Made by a program: the position numbers and the translations under genes
Assembly: GCA_951406725.2 (NCBI GenBank)
Contig: OX597838.1
Span: 28,086,001-28,150,000, forward strand
DNA: 64,000 bases
Origin: Octopus vulgaris
Lineage: Eukaryota
Direction of reading: 5' to 3'
Part shown: in pieces, positions 38,456-50,484 of the stretch
How the letters are laid out: every line of letters begins with the position of its first letter
Position numbering within the stretch: position 1 is the first letter of the stretch
Notes under the pieces: generated by a model
What the model was told of the DNA's origin: nothing
What the model saw: the letters and a program-made list of their open reading frames with translations, nothing else
Databases searched by the model: none

Positions 38456-39693
38456 AAAGATTTGTTGAATGGATCATCATGGTCCAAGTTGGTCATTATT
38501 TAGACTTGCTGCCATCCTAGATATCTTGGAGAAACACACCTCACTCCCATATTCCATTTTTGGTTTGGTTTCTATGGCTGGGTACCCTTCCTGTCACCAG
38601 GCATTTTACAGTGTATATTGGTTGGATTTTATGGTGCTCCCAGCACTAGAAGAGCAGTTGTCTTCTCCCTACAAAGGAAACCAGACAGTCTTGGATGCTT
38701 TTATGAGTCCATCCATAACAGATATGGTTGTGCACATATCTTTTATGTTTGTCTTTTACTGGTTTCAGTCATTGGTCTGCAGCCATGCTGGAGCACCGCC
38801 TTAAATAGTTTTAGTCAATCAAATTGATTCCAGGACTTATTTTTAAAGTCTGGTACTTATTCTATCCATCTCTTTTGCTGAAACGCTAAGTTACAGAGAT
38901 GTAAACATACCAACACTGGTTGATTGGCAAGTGGTAACTGAAACAGACAAACACACACACACACATACACATGTTTATATACAATGGGCTTCTGTACAGT
39001 TTCCATTTACCAAATTCATTGGTTGGTTTGGGGCTATAAATGACATTTGTGTCCATGATGCTGTGCAGTGGGACTGAACCCAAAACCAGGCGGTTGCCAA
39101 GCAAGCTTGACTTGCTCTTCTAAGGAAGAAGTCTGAAAAGTTGTTCCCATGTCCCACTGCCTCCATGGGACTCACAGTCACAGCTTATCCTCATCACCTC
39201 TACCACACCACATCCTCCCATTTATTTCTGCCACAATTAACTGAGGCCTCAATAGTCTTTATCATAGCAACTATCTCTGGGTGAATGTTGCAAACCTGTT
39301 GCTTCCCACAAACATAAAGAACTTTATGCTTTTCTATACAAACAAGCACTCTACCTACCTTCCTACACACCTACCTACCCATCCCGTCCTTCCCTACCCA
39401 CATACCTCCCTACCTACTTACCTATCTATGGAGACTCTTGGTGGCTGCTTGACCTGCTAAAAATAACTGCTGTGTTTACCCAGGACCAAACAACAATAAC
39501 AGCAGCAGTAGCAGTAGTAGTAGTAGCAGCAGCAGCAGCAACTATTTACCAAATTTCCAAATTCAAATTTAGAAACATTTGGGAAAAAAATTCATTTATT
39601 CTGCAATCTGCAGAAAGTTTATATTTTACTCTTTGTGAGCTAAGAATGAAAAGCACAATGCATGGGAAGAAAAGGTGGCTAACATGCTGCTGC

Positions 39694-39728
<35 letters not shown>

Positions 39729-39777
39729 TTGTATTTAGGAATGGTCATTTTGCCAGTTTAGCCAATAAAAACACACA

Positions 39778-40180
39778 CGCAGGAGTAGCTGTGTGGTAAG
39801 TAGCTTGCTAACCAACCACATGGTTCCGGGTTCAGTCCCACTGCGTGGCATCTTGGGCAAGTGTCTTCTGCTATAGCCCCGGGCCGACCAATGCCTTGTG
39901 AGTGGATTTGGTAGACGGAAACTGAAAGAAGCCTGTCGTATATATGTATATATATATATGTGTGTGTTTGTGTGTCTGTGATTGTCCCCCTAGCATCGCT
40001 TGACGACCGATGCTGGTGTGTTTACGTCCCCGTCACTTAGCGGTTCGGCAAAAAAGAGACCGATAGAATAAGTACTGGGCTTACAAAGAATAAGTCCCGG
40101 GGTCGAGTTGCTCGATTAAAGGCGGTGCTCCAGCATGGCCGCAGTCAAATGACTGAAACAAGTAAAAGAGAGAAAAAGAG
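39778..40180 (+). mobile_element. Young SINE-A copy, same subfamily as 38038-38455
   Basis: Shares diagnostic variants ggcatcttggg, ctgctatag, ccaatgcc, gtcacttagcgg and gtcccgggg. Confidence 0.85.
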
Positions 40181-40250
40181 AGACACTATATATTTGGTGT
40201 GAATTTGCTTCAGCTTTATTTATTTTTCACATTAATCTTAATCTTATTTC

Positions 40251-40295
40251 GGCCAGAGTTCTTTCGTCACACTTCTGTGACCTCATCAGTGGTCC
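40251..40295 (-). ncRNA. Minimal type I hammerhead ribozyme motif (Penelope-like element pseudo-LTR)
   Basis: Minus strand reads GGACCA-CUGAUGA-G-GUCACA-GAAG-UGUGAC-GAAA-G-AA-C-UC-UGGCC: conserved core boxes, a 6-bp stem II, a tiny stem III and an imperfect stem I. Confidence 0.6.
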
Positions 40296-40387
40296 TTTGC
40301 TTTCTTCTTTCTTATTTGTGTGTCTCTCCTTACTAACGGTCAGCCATTCTAATAATAATAATAATAATAGTAATTATAATAATAATG

Positions 40388-41126
40388 ATCAAATTTTGGT
40401 ACAAGGCCTGCAGCTTCAGGGGAGAGAGTAAGTTGATTACATCGGGGGAAGAAAAAAAAAACCTAGTGCTCAACTGATACTTACTTATCAATCTCTGAAA
40501 GGATGAAAAGCAAAATCGACCTTGGCTGGATTTGAACTCAGAACATGAAGATGGCTGAAGTGCCACTAAGCATTTTGCCCAGCATGCTAATGATTCTGCC
40601 AGCCCATTGCCTTAAATAGTAATAATGATGATGATGATGATGATTATCAGTATTAATAAAAATTAATAATGATCCTTTCTACTGCAGGCACAAGGCCTGA
40701 AATTTTGGGGGAGGGATTAGTCAGTTACATCAACCTTCAGAGGTCAGCTTGGTACTTATTTCATTGACCCTGGAAGGATGAAAAGCAAAGTCAACCTTGG
40801 CAGAATTTGATCTCAGAACGTTAAAGTCAGAAAAAATGCTGCTAATCATATTGTCTAGTGTGCTAATAATTCTGCCAGCTCGCTGCCTTAACAACAACAA
40901 CACCAACAACAATCCTTTTTACTATGGACATAATGCCAAAAATTTGAGGGAAGGGGCTAGTTGATTGCATTGACTCTGGTGCTCATTTGGTACTTATTTT
41001 ATCAACCCTGAAAGTACGAAAGGCAAAATTAATTTTGGTGGCATTGGAACTCAGAACGTAAATACAGAGGAAGCGCCACAAAGCATTTTGGCCAGCACAG
41101 TAACTATTCTGCCAGCTCACTACCTT
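40388..41126 (-). mobile_element. Three tandem SINE-B copies
   Basis: Each copy ends in gccagctc..cctta and they are separated by (aat)n or (aac)n. Confidence 0.8.
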
Positions 41127-41173
<47 letters not shown>

Positions 41174-41286
41174 TAAAAATGGCATCTGTAATAATGTTTG
41201 TTTTTGTTATTATGCTTGGAATTTTAGAAGCATGGTGCTGTTAATAATCATAATGAGGTTAGAATAAAAATTTTCATTCCTTGAAA

Positions 41287-41322
<36 letters not shown>

Positions 41323-41647
41323 TGAGAAAGCAGAAGAAAAACAATCGTTTTGCAAAGCTTGTGGCTTATCAGTAACATGAGCATTGCATCTTTCATTTTG
41401 TGCAGTGGCGGAGTATATAGGTTGATAGTGATGATTGTAGTGGTGGTTGTGGCGGTGGTGGTGGTGGTGGGAATGGCAAAAGCAGTCAAGGTAGTAGCGT
41501 TTGTAGCTGTAGGTCGTTGTCTTATTCTTCATTTTATTCTTCATTGTCACGCTTTTGTCTTCGCTGTCTTCGACTTTTGTCTTCTTGCAATTTTTAGCTT
41601 TGGTAACTGAAGCATTACCATAGAAACTGTGGAAGCCAGAAAGAGAA

Positions 41648-41682
<35 letters not shown>

Positions 41683-42178
41683 GACAAGTGGATTAAAAGA
41701 AGTCAACAAAACGTTGGCAACACCAAACAAGTTTCTTTCTCTTCTTCAAGTAAAGTGAGACGAGTTGTTTACTTAGAAACTGGAAGGGGTGTATGGGGTG
41801 TACAGTGACAACAGTCGGTCGGGGTGGGAGAATGATCTAGTTTTAAGATTTATTTCGCAAATTTCCTATTTCAAATCTTTTATGATATCACAATTTTTTT
41901 TTTTTCCTGCTCTACAAATGGCAGTCAGCATTGCATTTGATACACACACACACACATGCATTCACCACCACTGGCAGTGGCATCGTTCCTTTTTGTGTCT
42001 GTCCTTTTTCTGTGCTGGTGGCTTTGGTGGACGAAGTTTTGTCCAGGCAGTATTCTGTGGTTGGACGCTACCGTTGCTGCTGCTTGCCAACCCAATAATG
42101 CCAATCCTTACTTATTTCAAAGGAAGGTACTTATTTCACTGGTCTTTCACTTGATGGATTGATGTGTGTGTGTGTGTA

Positions 42179-42210
<32 letters not shown>

Positions 42211-42332
42211 ATCCAAACAAGAAAAGACAAAAAAACACAACAACGCAATACTGACCAAAGCCTTGTGAGTGGATTTGGTTGATGGAAATGGAAAGATGCA
42301 CGTTGTGTATGTATATATATATATATATATAC

Positions 42333-42365
<33 letters not shown>

Positions 42366-42978
42366 CGTGCATTGTTTGTGTCTGTACTTGTCTCCTCACC
42401 ATCGCTCGACAACCAATGTTGGTGTGTTTATGTTCCTGTCGCTTAGCAGTTTGGCAAAAAGAGACTGATAGAATAAGTACTTGGCTTACAAAGAATAATT
42501 CCTGAGAAGGATTAAAGGCGGTATTCCTGCATGGCCGCAGTCAAAAGTCTAATGACTGAAACAAAAGTGTGTGTGTGTATGTGTGTATATATATATATAT
42601 ATGAGGAGACCCTCTTCGGTCATGAATGACCATGGGATTGCACCTAGAAAGTTGCTCTCCAAGGTACAAGTAAGGGCAAAACTGTTTGTGGAAGACCGGC
42701 AGTCGCCCATGCATACCAGCCTCTCCTCTCTACACCACTGATGTTATCCAAGGGAAAGGCAAAGGGGCCAATACAGCTTGGCACCAGTGATGTCACAACT
42801 CATTTCTACGGCTGAGTTAATGGGAGCAATGTGAAATAAAGTGTCTTGCTCAAGAACACAACACACAACCTGGTCTGTGAATCAAACTCACTACCTTACG
42901 ATCGTAAGCTTTATGCTCTAACCACTGAGTCGTGCGCCTTCACTATATATATCTCGTTCGTTCGGAGATTTATTAATG

Positions 42979-43025
<47 letters not shown>

Positions 43026-44001
43026 GTATGACATTAGATAATAGTTCCCACATGCTCTGCCTAAAAGGATCAAGAAACAAACCAAAGTGGGAAGGTCATA
43101 ACAATTTTGACTGTAAATCTGTTGGATATATTTGAATTGGGGCTGAGCAACCCTTTCTATTGTCGCTGGTCAGCATAAATCATGAATACGAGTGGAAAAC
43201 ACCAGAAACTACTACTACCATAGACAGCCCAAAGCCCTCACAACAACAGGGTCTGTCTTGGATTTTGATTTATTCGCAAGTGGATCCAATAATTCACTTA
43301 GAATTATTGGAAACTTCGTTTCTCTCTTTAATTCTTCCTCTCCTTTTATGCTATTCGTTTACTTAATTACATTTATTTATCTATTTGTGGCGCCTTTACT
43401 TAATTGGTGTGGTTTTCGGTTTCTTCCTTCACTGCAACAATTTTCTTCCTTTCAAACAACACTGTAAATTATCTCAGCCGTTTTTCTGTTGAAAGGTTTG
43501 TCTCTTCTTCCTCCCCCCCCTCTTCTTCTCCTTCCCTTTCTCTCACTATCGCCCCCCCCTCTATTTGTGTGTGTGTATGTGTGTATATAAAACTGAAATA
43601 ATTGGGCTTTCAACGATTATAATTAATTTCCTTTTATTTATATTAACAAGTGTGTGTGTATACATGTCTTTTATATATATCTTTTTTCATCCTTTACTCG
43701 TTTCAGTCATTAGACTGTGGCCATACTGGGTCATTAGACTGTGGCCATACTGGGGCATTGCCTTGAAGCTCAGTTGATGAAAATTAACCCCAGTACTTTT
43801 TTTTTTATAGCCTGGTACTTATTCTATCAGTCTCTTTTGCTGAACCGCTAAGTTACAGGGACATAAGCACACCAACACCAGTTGTCAAACAGTGTTGGAG
43901 AACAAATGTAGACACAAGTACACACACACACTCACATCACAAACACACACACACTCACAAACACACACACTCACAAACACACACACTCACAAACACACAC
44001 A

Positions 44002-44056
<55 letters not shown>

Positions 44057-44079
44057 ACACTCACAAACACACACACTCA

Positions 44080-44135
<56 letters not shown>

Positions 44136-44155
44136 AACACACACACACACACTCA

Positions 44156-44211
<56 letters not shown>

Positions 44212-44790
44212 CACAAACACACACACTCTCACAAACACACACGCACTCTCACAAACACACACACTCTCACAAACACACACGCACTCTCACAAACACACAC
44301 GCACTCTCACAAACACACACGCACTCTCACAAACACACACACACACTCTCAACACACTCTCACACACACACACACACACACTCTCACAAACACACACACA
44401 CACTCTCACAAACACACACACGCACACACACTCTCACAAACACACACACACACACACACTCTCACACACACACACACTTTCTCTCAAACTCACACTCACT
44501 AACACACACTCTTATGCAGTCATATATGCATTGACATAGAGACACGCCTTTTGACTTAAAACGTAATAAAGAAGAACTGTCTAATCTTAACAATTGTGTT
44601 TTGAAATCCATCGGTGCACAAATACACACCCACACACAGTACCCACAGGCATTTTTACAAATTATCCTGTAACAACATAACCGCAGTGACACTCACATTA
44701 AGACTCTCATGCACTGGCTCATATATACAGGAGTTGGGCAAAATAATGGAAACACCTGTTTGAGATATATATATATATATATATATATAT

Positions 44791-45023
44791 AGGAGGCGCA
44801 ATGGCCTAGTGGTTAGGGCAGCGGACTCGCGGTTGTAGGATCGCGGTTTCGATTCCCAGACCGGCAGGGGGTGGTGATCCCTGCTGTACTCTTTCACCAC
44901 TCTTTCTCTCACTGGCCTGCTCGCTTAGCCAGCGGGGTGACGTCATTCAAAGGCTAAAACAATGCGAACGCATTGTGACCAGCGATGTGTAACTACATCT
45001 GATGGACTGGTCAGTCACGTGAT

Positions 45024-45031
<8 letters not shown>
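44791..45031 (+). mobile_element. SINE family F with an internal deletion, inserted in (TA)n
   Basis: Same head and tail as 16571-16878 but lacks ~50 bp between cagacc and ggcagggg. Confidence 0.8.
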
Positions 45032-45077
<46 letters not shown>

Positions 45078-45611
45078 CATAGCTGACTGGATGAGATAGT
45101 GTTGACAGAATCAAGATGGTAACTGCATTGAGGTGGGTGTGGCCTGTTGGTTAAATGTACCCAGTGTATAACAGGTACTTATTTTACTGATCTCAGGGTA
45201 AAAATGAAACACGATGTCAACACCAGCTTGATTTGAACTCAGATTTGTTAAGAGACATACTCAAATGTTGCAGATAATCTATTATTCTACACACATGTGT
45301 GCGTGTGCATGCGTGTGTGGGTGTGTGTGTGTGTGTAAAGCATGTGGCTTCTTGGTGGCACAGTGCGTCCTTGAACAAGACACTTTGTTTCATGTTGCCC
45401 CAGTCTACCCATGAATGGATAGTACCTGTATTTTAAAAGGCCAGACTTGTCACACTCTCTGCCACACTGAATTGAATCTCCCTGAGAGCTATGTTAAGGG
45501 TATGCATGCCTGTGGAGTGCTCAGCCACTTGCACACTGATTTCATGAGTTTTCTGTTCTATTAATCGGATCAACTGGAACCCTAGTCATAAACAATAGAG
45601 TGCAAGTTAGG

Positions 45612-45616
<5 letters not shown>

Positions 45617-45650
<34 letters not shown>

Positions 45651-45676
45651 CATACATATATATACATATATGTGTG

Positions 45677-45746
<70 letters not shown>

Positions 45747-45801
45747 TATACATACATATATATACATATATGTGTGTATATATATATATACACACACACA
45801 C

Positions 45802-45832
<31 letters not shown>

Positions 45833-45883
45833 CATACATATATATACATATATGTGTGTATATATATATATACACACACACAC

Positions 45884-45916
<33 letters not shown>

Positions 45917-45955
45917 CATACATATATATACATATATGTGTGTATATATATATAT

Positions 45956-45998
<43 letters not shown>

Positions 45999-46045
45999 CA
46001 TATATATACATATATGTGTATATATATATATATACACACACACAC

Positions 46046-46076
<31 letters not shown>

Positions 46077-46105
46077 CACATATATATATATACATACATA
46101 TATAT

Positions 46106-46150
<45 letters not shown>

Positions 46151-46198
46151 TATATATATATATATACATACATACATATATATATATGTGTGTGTGTG
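45617..46198. repeat. (TA)n/(CA)n compound microsatellite with higher-order units (similar tracts at 4215-4620, 25595-25850, 29608-30035, 43920-44510)
   Basis: Direct inspection. Confidence 0.95.
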
Positions 46199-47253
46199 TC
46201 TTTTATCTTTGATGTGTTTCTCTTGTTAGACTGTGACCATGCTGGGGCACCACCTTGAAGAATTTTTAGCTGAATGAATTGACCCCGGTGCTTATTCTAT
46301 CAGTCTCTTTTGCTGAACCACTAAGTTATGGGGATTCAAACACACCAACACCATTTGTCATGCAGTGGTGTTAGAGATGCACGCACGCGCACACACACAC
46401 ACACACACACACTTCTTTCAGTTTCTGTCTACCAAATCCATGCCCCACGCTGTGGTTGGCCCAAGACTATAGTAGGAGACACTTTCCCAAGACCCCATGC
46501 AAGTGGGACTGAACCTAGAACCATATGTTTGGGAAGCCAACTTCTTACCACACAGTTTTGGAAGTGATGCATTTCAATATGCTTAGTGTGAGATAATACA
46601 TAACTGCAAAAGTGCAGCAGCTTTATGAGCATTTAATGACAAGTTGAGATGTTCAGAGCTATGGTTGTTTGACTCTGTGATTAAAGCATAAAACAGATTT
46701 AAACTTTAAGAACTTTACAAACAAATAACACACAAAAAAAAAGAGAAAAAAAAAACAAACAAAAACAATGTGTGTAAGACCCTCCTTGACTTCACTCTTC
46801 ACCTCCTCCCCCTCCTCATATATCATGTTTCTCTCCCTTTGCTTTTATTTTCCCTCTAACATAAATCCCTCCACCCCCACCCTGACCTCTTCTTGCCTGT
46901 GGCCCATCATCTCCCTTTGAGCCTTCTTCATCTTTCCAGTCTCCGCCTTCTGCATGCATCTGTGTGTGCGCAAGTATGTTTATGCTTGTGTTGTTATGTA
47001 TAGGGGTTGCTGTGCTTATGTGTATGTACCTGTGTATTGTGTATAGAAGTGTGTCTATATATACATGTGTGTGTGTGTATAAGTTTATGTGTATGGGTTT
47101 GTGTGAATTATGGGTGTTTGAATTGTGTATGCATAATTGTGTGTGTGTGTGTGTGTGTGTGTTATATATATATATGTGTCTGTGAATTGTGTTTATATAT
47201 CTGTGCATATTTATGTATGTGTGTGTGCATGTTATCCATAGATATGTATGACT

Positions 47254-47311
<58 letters not shown>

Positions 47312-47528
47312 CTGTGCACACATAAATATGTATATCTGTGAGTGTATATACTGGTGGGCATACTTGTATGTATATGTGAACATAATCACGTGTGTGTGTG
47401 TGTGCATATCTATCTAAGTACTGGGCTTACAATGAATAAGTCCCGGGGTCGATTTGCTCGACTAAAGGCGGTGCTCCAGCATGGCCGCAGTCAAATGACT
47501 GAAACAAGTATATATATACATAAATAAA

Positions 47529-47750
47529 TAAAGGGGAAGCTGAACGGTTCTTGGTTTTAAGGGTATTGCGAAAAGTCTGGTTGGAGACCAACCTTCCCAG
47601 TCCTTTTACAGATCTTAGAAAAACTGAAGGACCACTGCAATAAGTGCTTGAATCTGAGAAGGGGAATATGTTGAATCAAAATCATAATTAACAGATATCC
47701 CCCTGCATTTTCCTTTACCCAAAGCCACAAACTTTTCAGCACCCGCTCTA
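47529..47750 (+). mobile_element. Mariner-derived MITE retaining the transposase C-terminus
   Basis: Degenerate TIRs with TA ends. The internal sequence reads LEKLKDHCNKCLNLR(fs)GEYVE, like the mariner terminal KLxxRWxKCxxxxGxYVE motif. Confidence 0.7.
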
Positions 47751-48159
47751 CTCCGTATATCTGTCTGTACGTTGTGCAAATAAGCCTTTGTGTGCTGCTC
47801 GCATATGTTTTGTAATCTGTAAAATGCTGATCTGGCACTTTAGCCCTCACGTTCTTTCTACACACACACACACACACACACACACTCAGAGCCAGCTGTT
47901 TAGTCAATAACTTGTCTGTTATTTGACTGAAGTGAAATTACTCCACTATTGGTTGGCTGGTTGGCTGGATGGGGGTGGCTGGGTGGGTTATTTATTTGTT
48001 TTGTTTATATATTTTTCGCTCTCTTTTTCAGCTGGTTGTTTACCAGTTGTTGCTAACCAGATTAACAAGATTCTACAATAGCCAAACAACAATTGGCTGT
48101 CACCATGCTTACCATCTATAATCCTTGTTGCTGCTGTTTCTTTATAATATTATTATTAT

Positions 48160-48176
48160 CAGTAGTAGTAGTAGCA

Positions 48177-48217
<41 letters not shown>

Positions 48218-48389
48218 GGTGGTGGTAGTAGTAGTGGTGGTGGTAGTAGTAGTAATAGTGGTGGTGGTGGTGGTGGTGGTGGTAGTAGTAGTAGTGGTGG
48301 TGGTGGTGGTGGTAGTAGTGGTGGTGGTGGTAGTAGTAATAGTAGTGGTGGTGGTGGTGGTAGTAGTAATAGTAGTGGTGGTGGTGGTG

Positions 48390-48422
<33 letters not shown>

Positions 48423-48453
48423 ATAGTAGTAGTGGTGGTGGTGGTGGTAGTAA

Positions 48454-48490
<37 letters not shown>

Positions 48491-48620
48491 GGTGGTGGTG
48501 GTAGTAGTAATAGTAGTGGTGGTGGTGGTAGTAATAGTAGTGTTGGTGGTGGTAGTAATAGTAGAAGTGGTGGTGGTGGTAGTAATAGTAGAAGTGGTGG
48601 TGGTGGTGGTGGTAGTAGTG
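48160..48620. repeat. (tag/tgg)n compound trinucleotide tract
   Basis: Direct inspection. Confidence 0.95.
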
Positions 48621-49514
48621 AATGTTATTGTCATAGTTGTAGATAGATGAATAGGGTGGTGGTGTTGATGACAGAAGGGGGTGGGATATTGTTTGTCCAC
48701 TTAATGATTGATTGTAATTAGAAACCGCAGCCTCCACAATGGTGGTGGTGGTGTTGGGAAGTCATTGCTTGTTGACATAATGACTGATGGTGATTAAGAT
48801 ATGCAGATTTTGTTGTTTAACCTTAGGCCATCCCTGATCCAGACCATCATCTATGATCGAAGGCCTCCCAGCTGTAACAAATTTTTTTTATATCCCCCCC
48901 CCCATGTATAGTGCACCCTAGACAATTTTTACCGTATCGATACCAACCCGCCTCAGACTGCCCCTGACTCAATTATATAAGGCTGACAGAATTGTCAGTA
49001 CGCTGGGCAAAATGTTTAACGGCAGGCATTCCGGCTGTCTTTACATTCTGAGTTCAAATTCTGCCGAGGTTGACTTTGCCCTTCATCCTTTCAGGGTTGA
49101 TAAAACAAGTACCAGACGAGCAGGGGGTGGGGTCGATGTAATCAACTTACTCCCTCCCCCAAATTACTGGCCTTATGACAAAATTGGAAACCAATTTATA
49201 CAAACTCTGTTTTAAAGTGGTCTGAATGAAAACCTTCCATGAAAATTTCGTGTTGATTTACATTCCAAACACCAGATTAAATAATGGCAATCTTATTTTG
49301 CTAAATTCTTCGCCATTTTCAAAATTAATTGAATCAAAGGCAGTGTATTTCAATAGAAATAGGGTAACAAAAGGATTAAACAATTTGTCCTTCTCAAAGA
49401 TGGTGTGATTCAACATATATAATAATATGAGGGAATATTTTTCCAAACTTACAGGGAAAAATATATATATATATGTGCATGCCCACACACAAAAGTAATT
49501 GCATAAATGCAAAA

Positions 49515-49702
49515 TAATGCCAAAGGTAGAATAATATGCTTTTTATTAAAGCCAAAAAAAAACCCCTTCACAAACTGTTGCTCAGTTTCACATGACCGTT
49601 CATCGAACAGATGTGATCAGATTGTGATTAGAACTGTCTGATGAATAGTAACGTGAAATTCTGAGTAACAGTTTTTGAAAATATTTTCAGCTTTAATAAA
49701 AG
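49515..49702. mobile_element. Inverted Penelope-like pseudo-LTR pair with degenerate hammerhead core (related copy at 35470-35615)
   Basis: Arms ttttattaaagc...aaactgttgctcagtttcac...ttcatcgaacag and ctgtctgatgaatagtaacgtgaaattctgagtaacagttt...gctttaataaaa are reverse complements. A CTGATGA...GAAA core is present. Confidence 0.45.
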
Positions 49703-49998
49703 GTGTGTGTGTACGTGTACATGTGTGTGTGCATATGTATAATATTTGTATACAAACATACATATGCACATACACATACCCTGTCTTCACAAGAATTTTT
49801 CTTTAAATCTACTGCCACACTGAAGCTAGGGGTCCTGTTGTTAATGTGCCAAAGCTCTCTTTCTCCCTCCTTTTCCATCTCAGAGTTAAGGTCCTGAGGA
49901 ATTAAACATTTTTTTCTGTCCTTCTTCTTTTGTTTCTTGTTTTGTTCAGCTTCAGTGGTTCTTATTTCCCTTTTTCTTTTCATTTTGTGTTCTTGCAG

Positions 49999-50105
49999 TG
50001 GGAAGATCGTGTCTCCAAAATGGAAACCTTTCAAAGGTATGAGATTGCGAGGCAAGGAGATAGTTCGTCTCAACAACATTATCTGGAGAGAATGGTTCAT
50101 GCAAT
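49999..50105 (+). CDS. MLXIP: Internal coding exon (107 nt, phase 2 to phase 1) of Mondo/ChREBP family bHLH-ZIP factor; glucose-sensing module incl. 14-3-3-binding helix
   Basis: Long polypyrimidine tract ending ttcttgcag| and donor caat|gtaagt. Translation GKIVSPKWKPFKGMRLRGKEIVRLNNIIWREWFMQ matches the recalled ChREBP/MondoA segment GKLVSPKWKNFKGLKLLCRDKIRLNNAIWRAWYIQ. It is probably a single pro-ortholog of MLXIP and MLXIPL. Confidence 0.96.
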
Positions 50106-50239
50106 GTAAGTAAACCCTTAAACATGCACACCTTTTAGTAGGCAAGGTGGTCCCCTCTGGGGTCTGAATAATTTTATAAAAGAAGAAAATATTCTTTTCT
50201 ACTCTAGGCACACACACACACACACACTCATACACTTAC

Positions 50240-50410
50240 GTGCATGCACACACACACACACTTCTGCACTCTTACACACTCCACCATGCACACACACACT
50301 TCTGCACTCTTACACACTCCACCATGCACACACACACACACACTTCTGCACTCTTACACACTCCACCATGTACACACACTTCTACACTCTTACACACTCC
50401 ACCCCTCACA
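50240..50410. repeat. ~38-bp CA-derived minisatellite just downstream of the Mondo exon
   Basis: cacacttctgcactcttacacactccaccatg occurs four times. Confidence 0.8.
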
Positions 50411-50448
50411 CACACACACTCTTGCACATACTCTTACACAATGTACAC

Positions 50449-50484
<36 letters not shown>

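Larger units (their letters stand above)
39728..40335 (-). mobile_element. Penelope-like element terminal fragment, interrupted by a SINE-A copy
   Basis: Hammerhead motif followed on the minus strand by an AT-rich tail with aataaa. The sequence is split by the SINE at 39778-40180. Confidence 0.45.

Noticed and set aside
44792-44873. tRNA-like sequences (also 59338-59410 and the SINE-A/B heads)
   Set aside because: SINE heads with A/B boxes but no complete cloverleaf, continuing into SINE bodies.
45542-46258. Long ORFs rich in YI/HT/CV (also 4093-4629, 25518-25926, 29452-30168, 43892-44539, 46816-47417)
   Set aside because: Translations of dinucleotide microsatellites that lack stop codons; no coding signal.
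48093-48737. Gly/Ser-, Val- or Thr-rich ORFs
   Set aside because: A (tag/tgg)n tract that is open in several frames and has no splice or start context.
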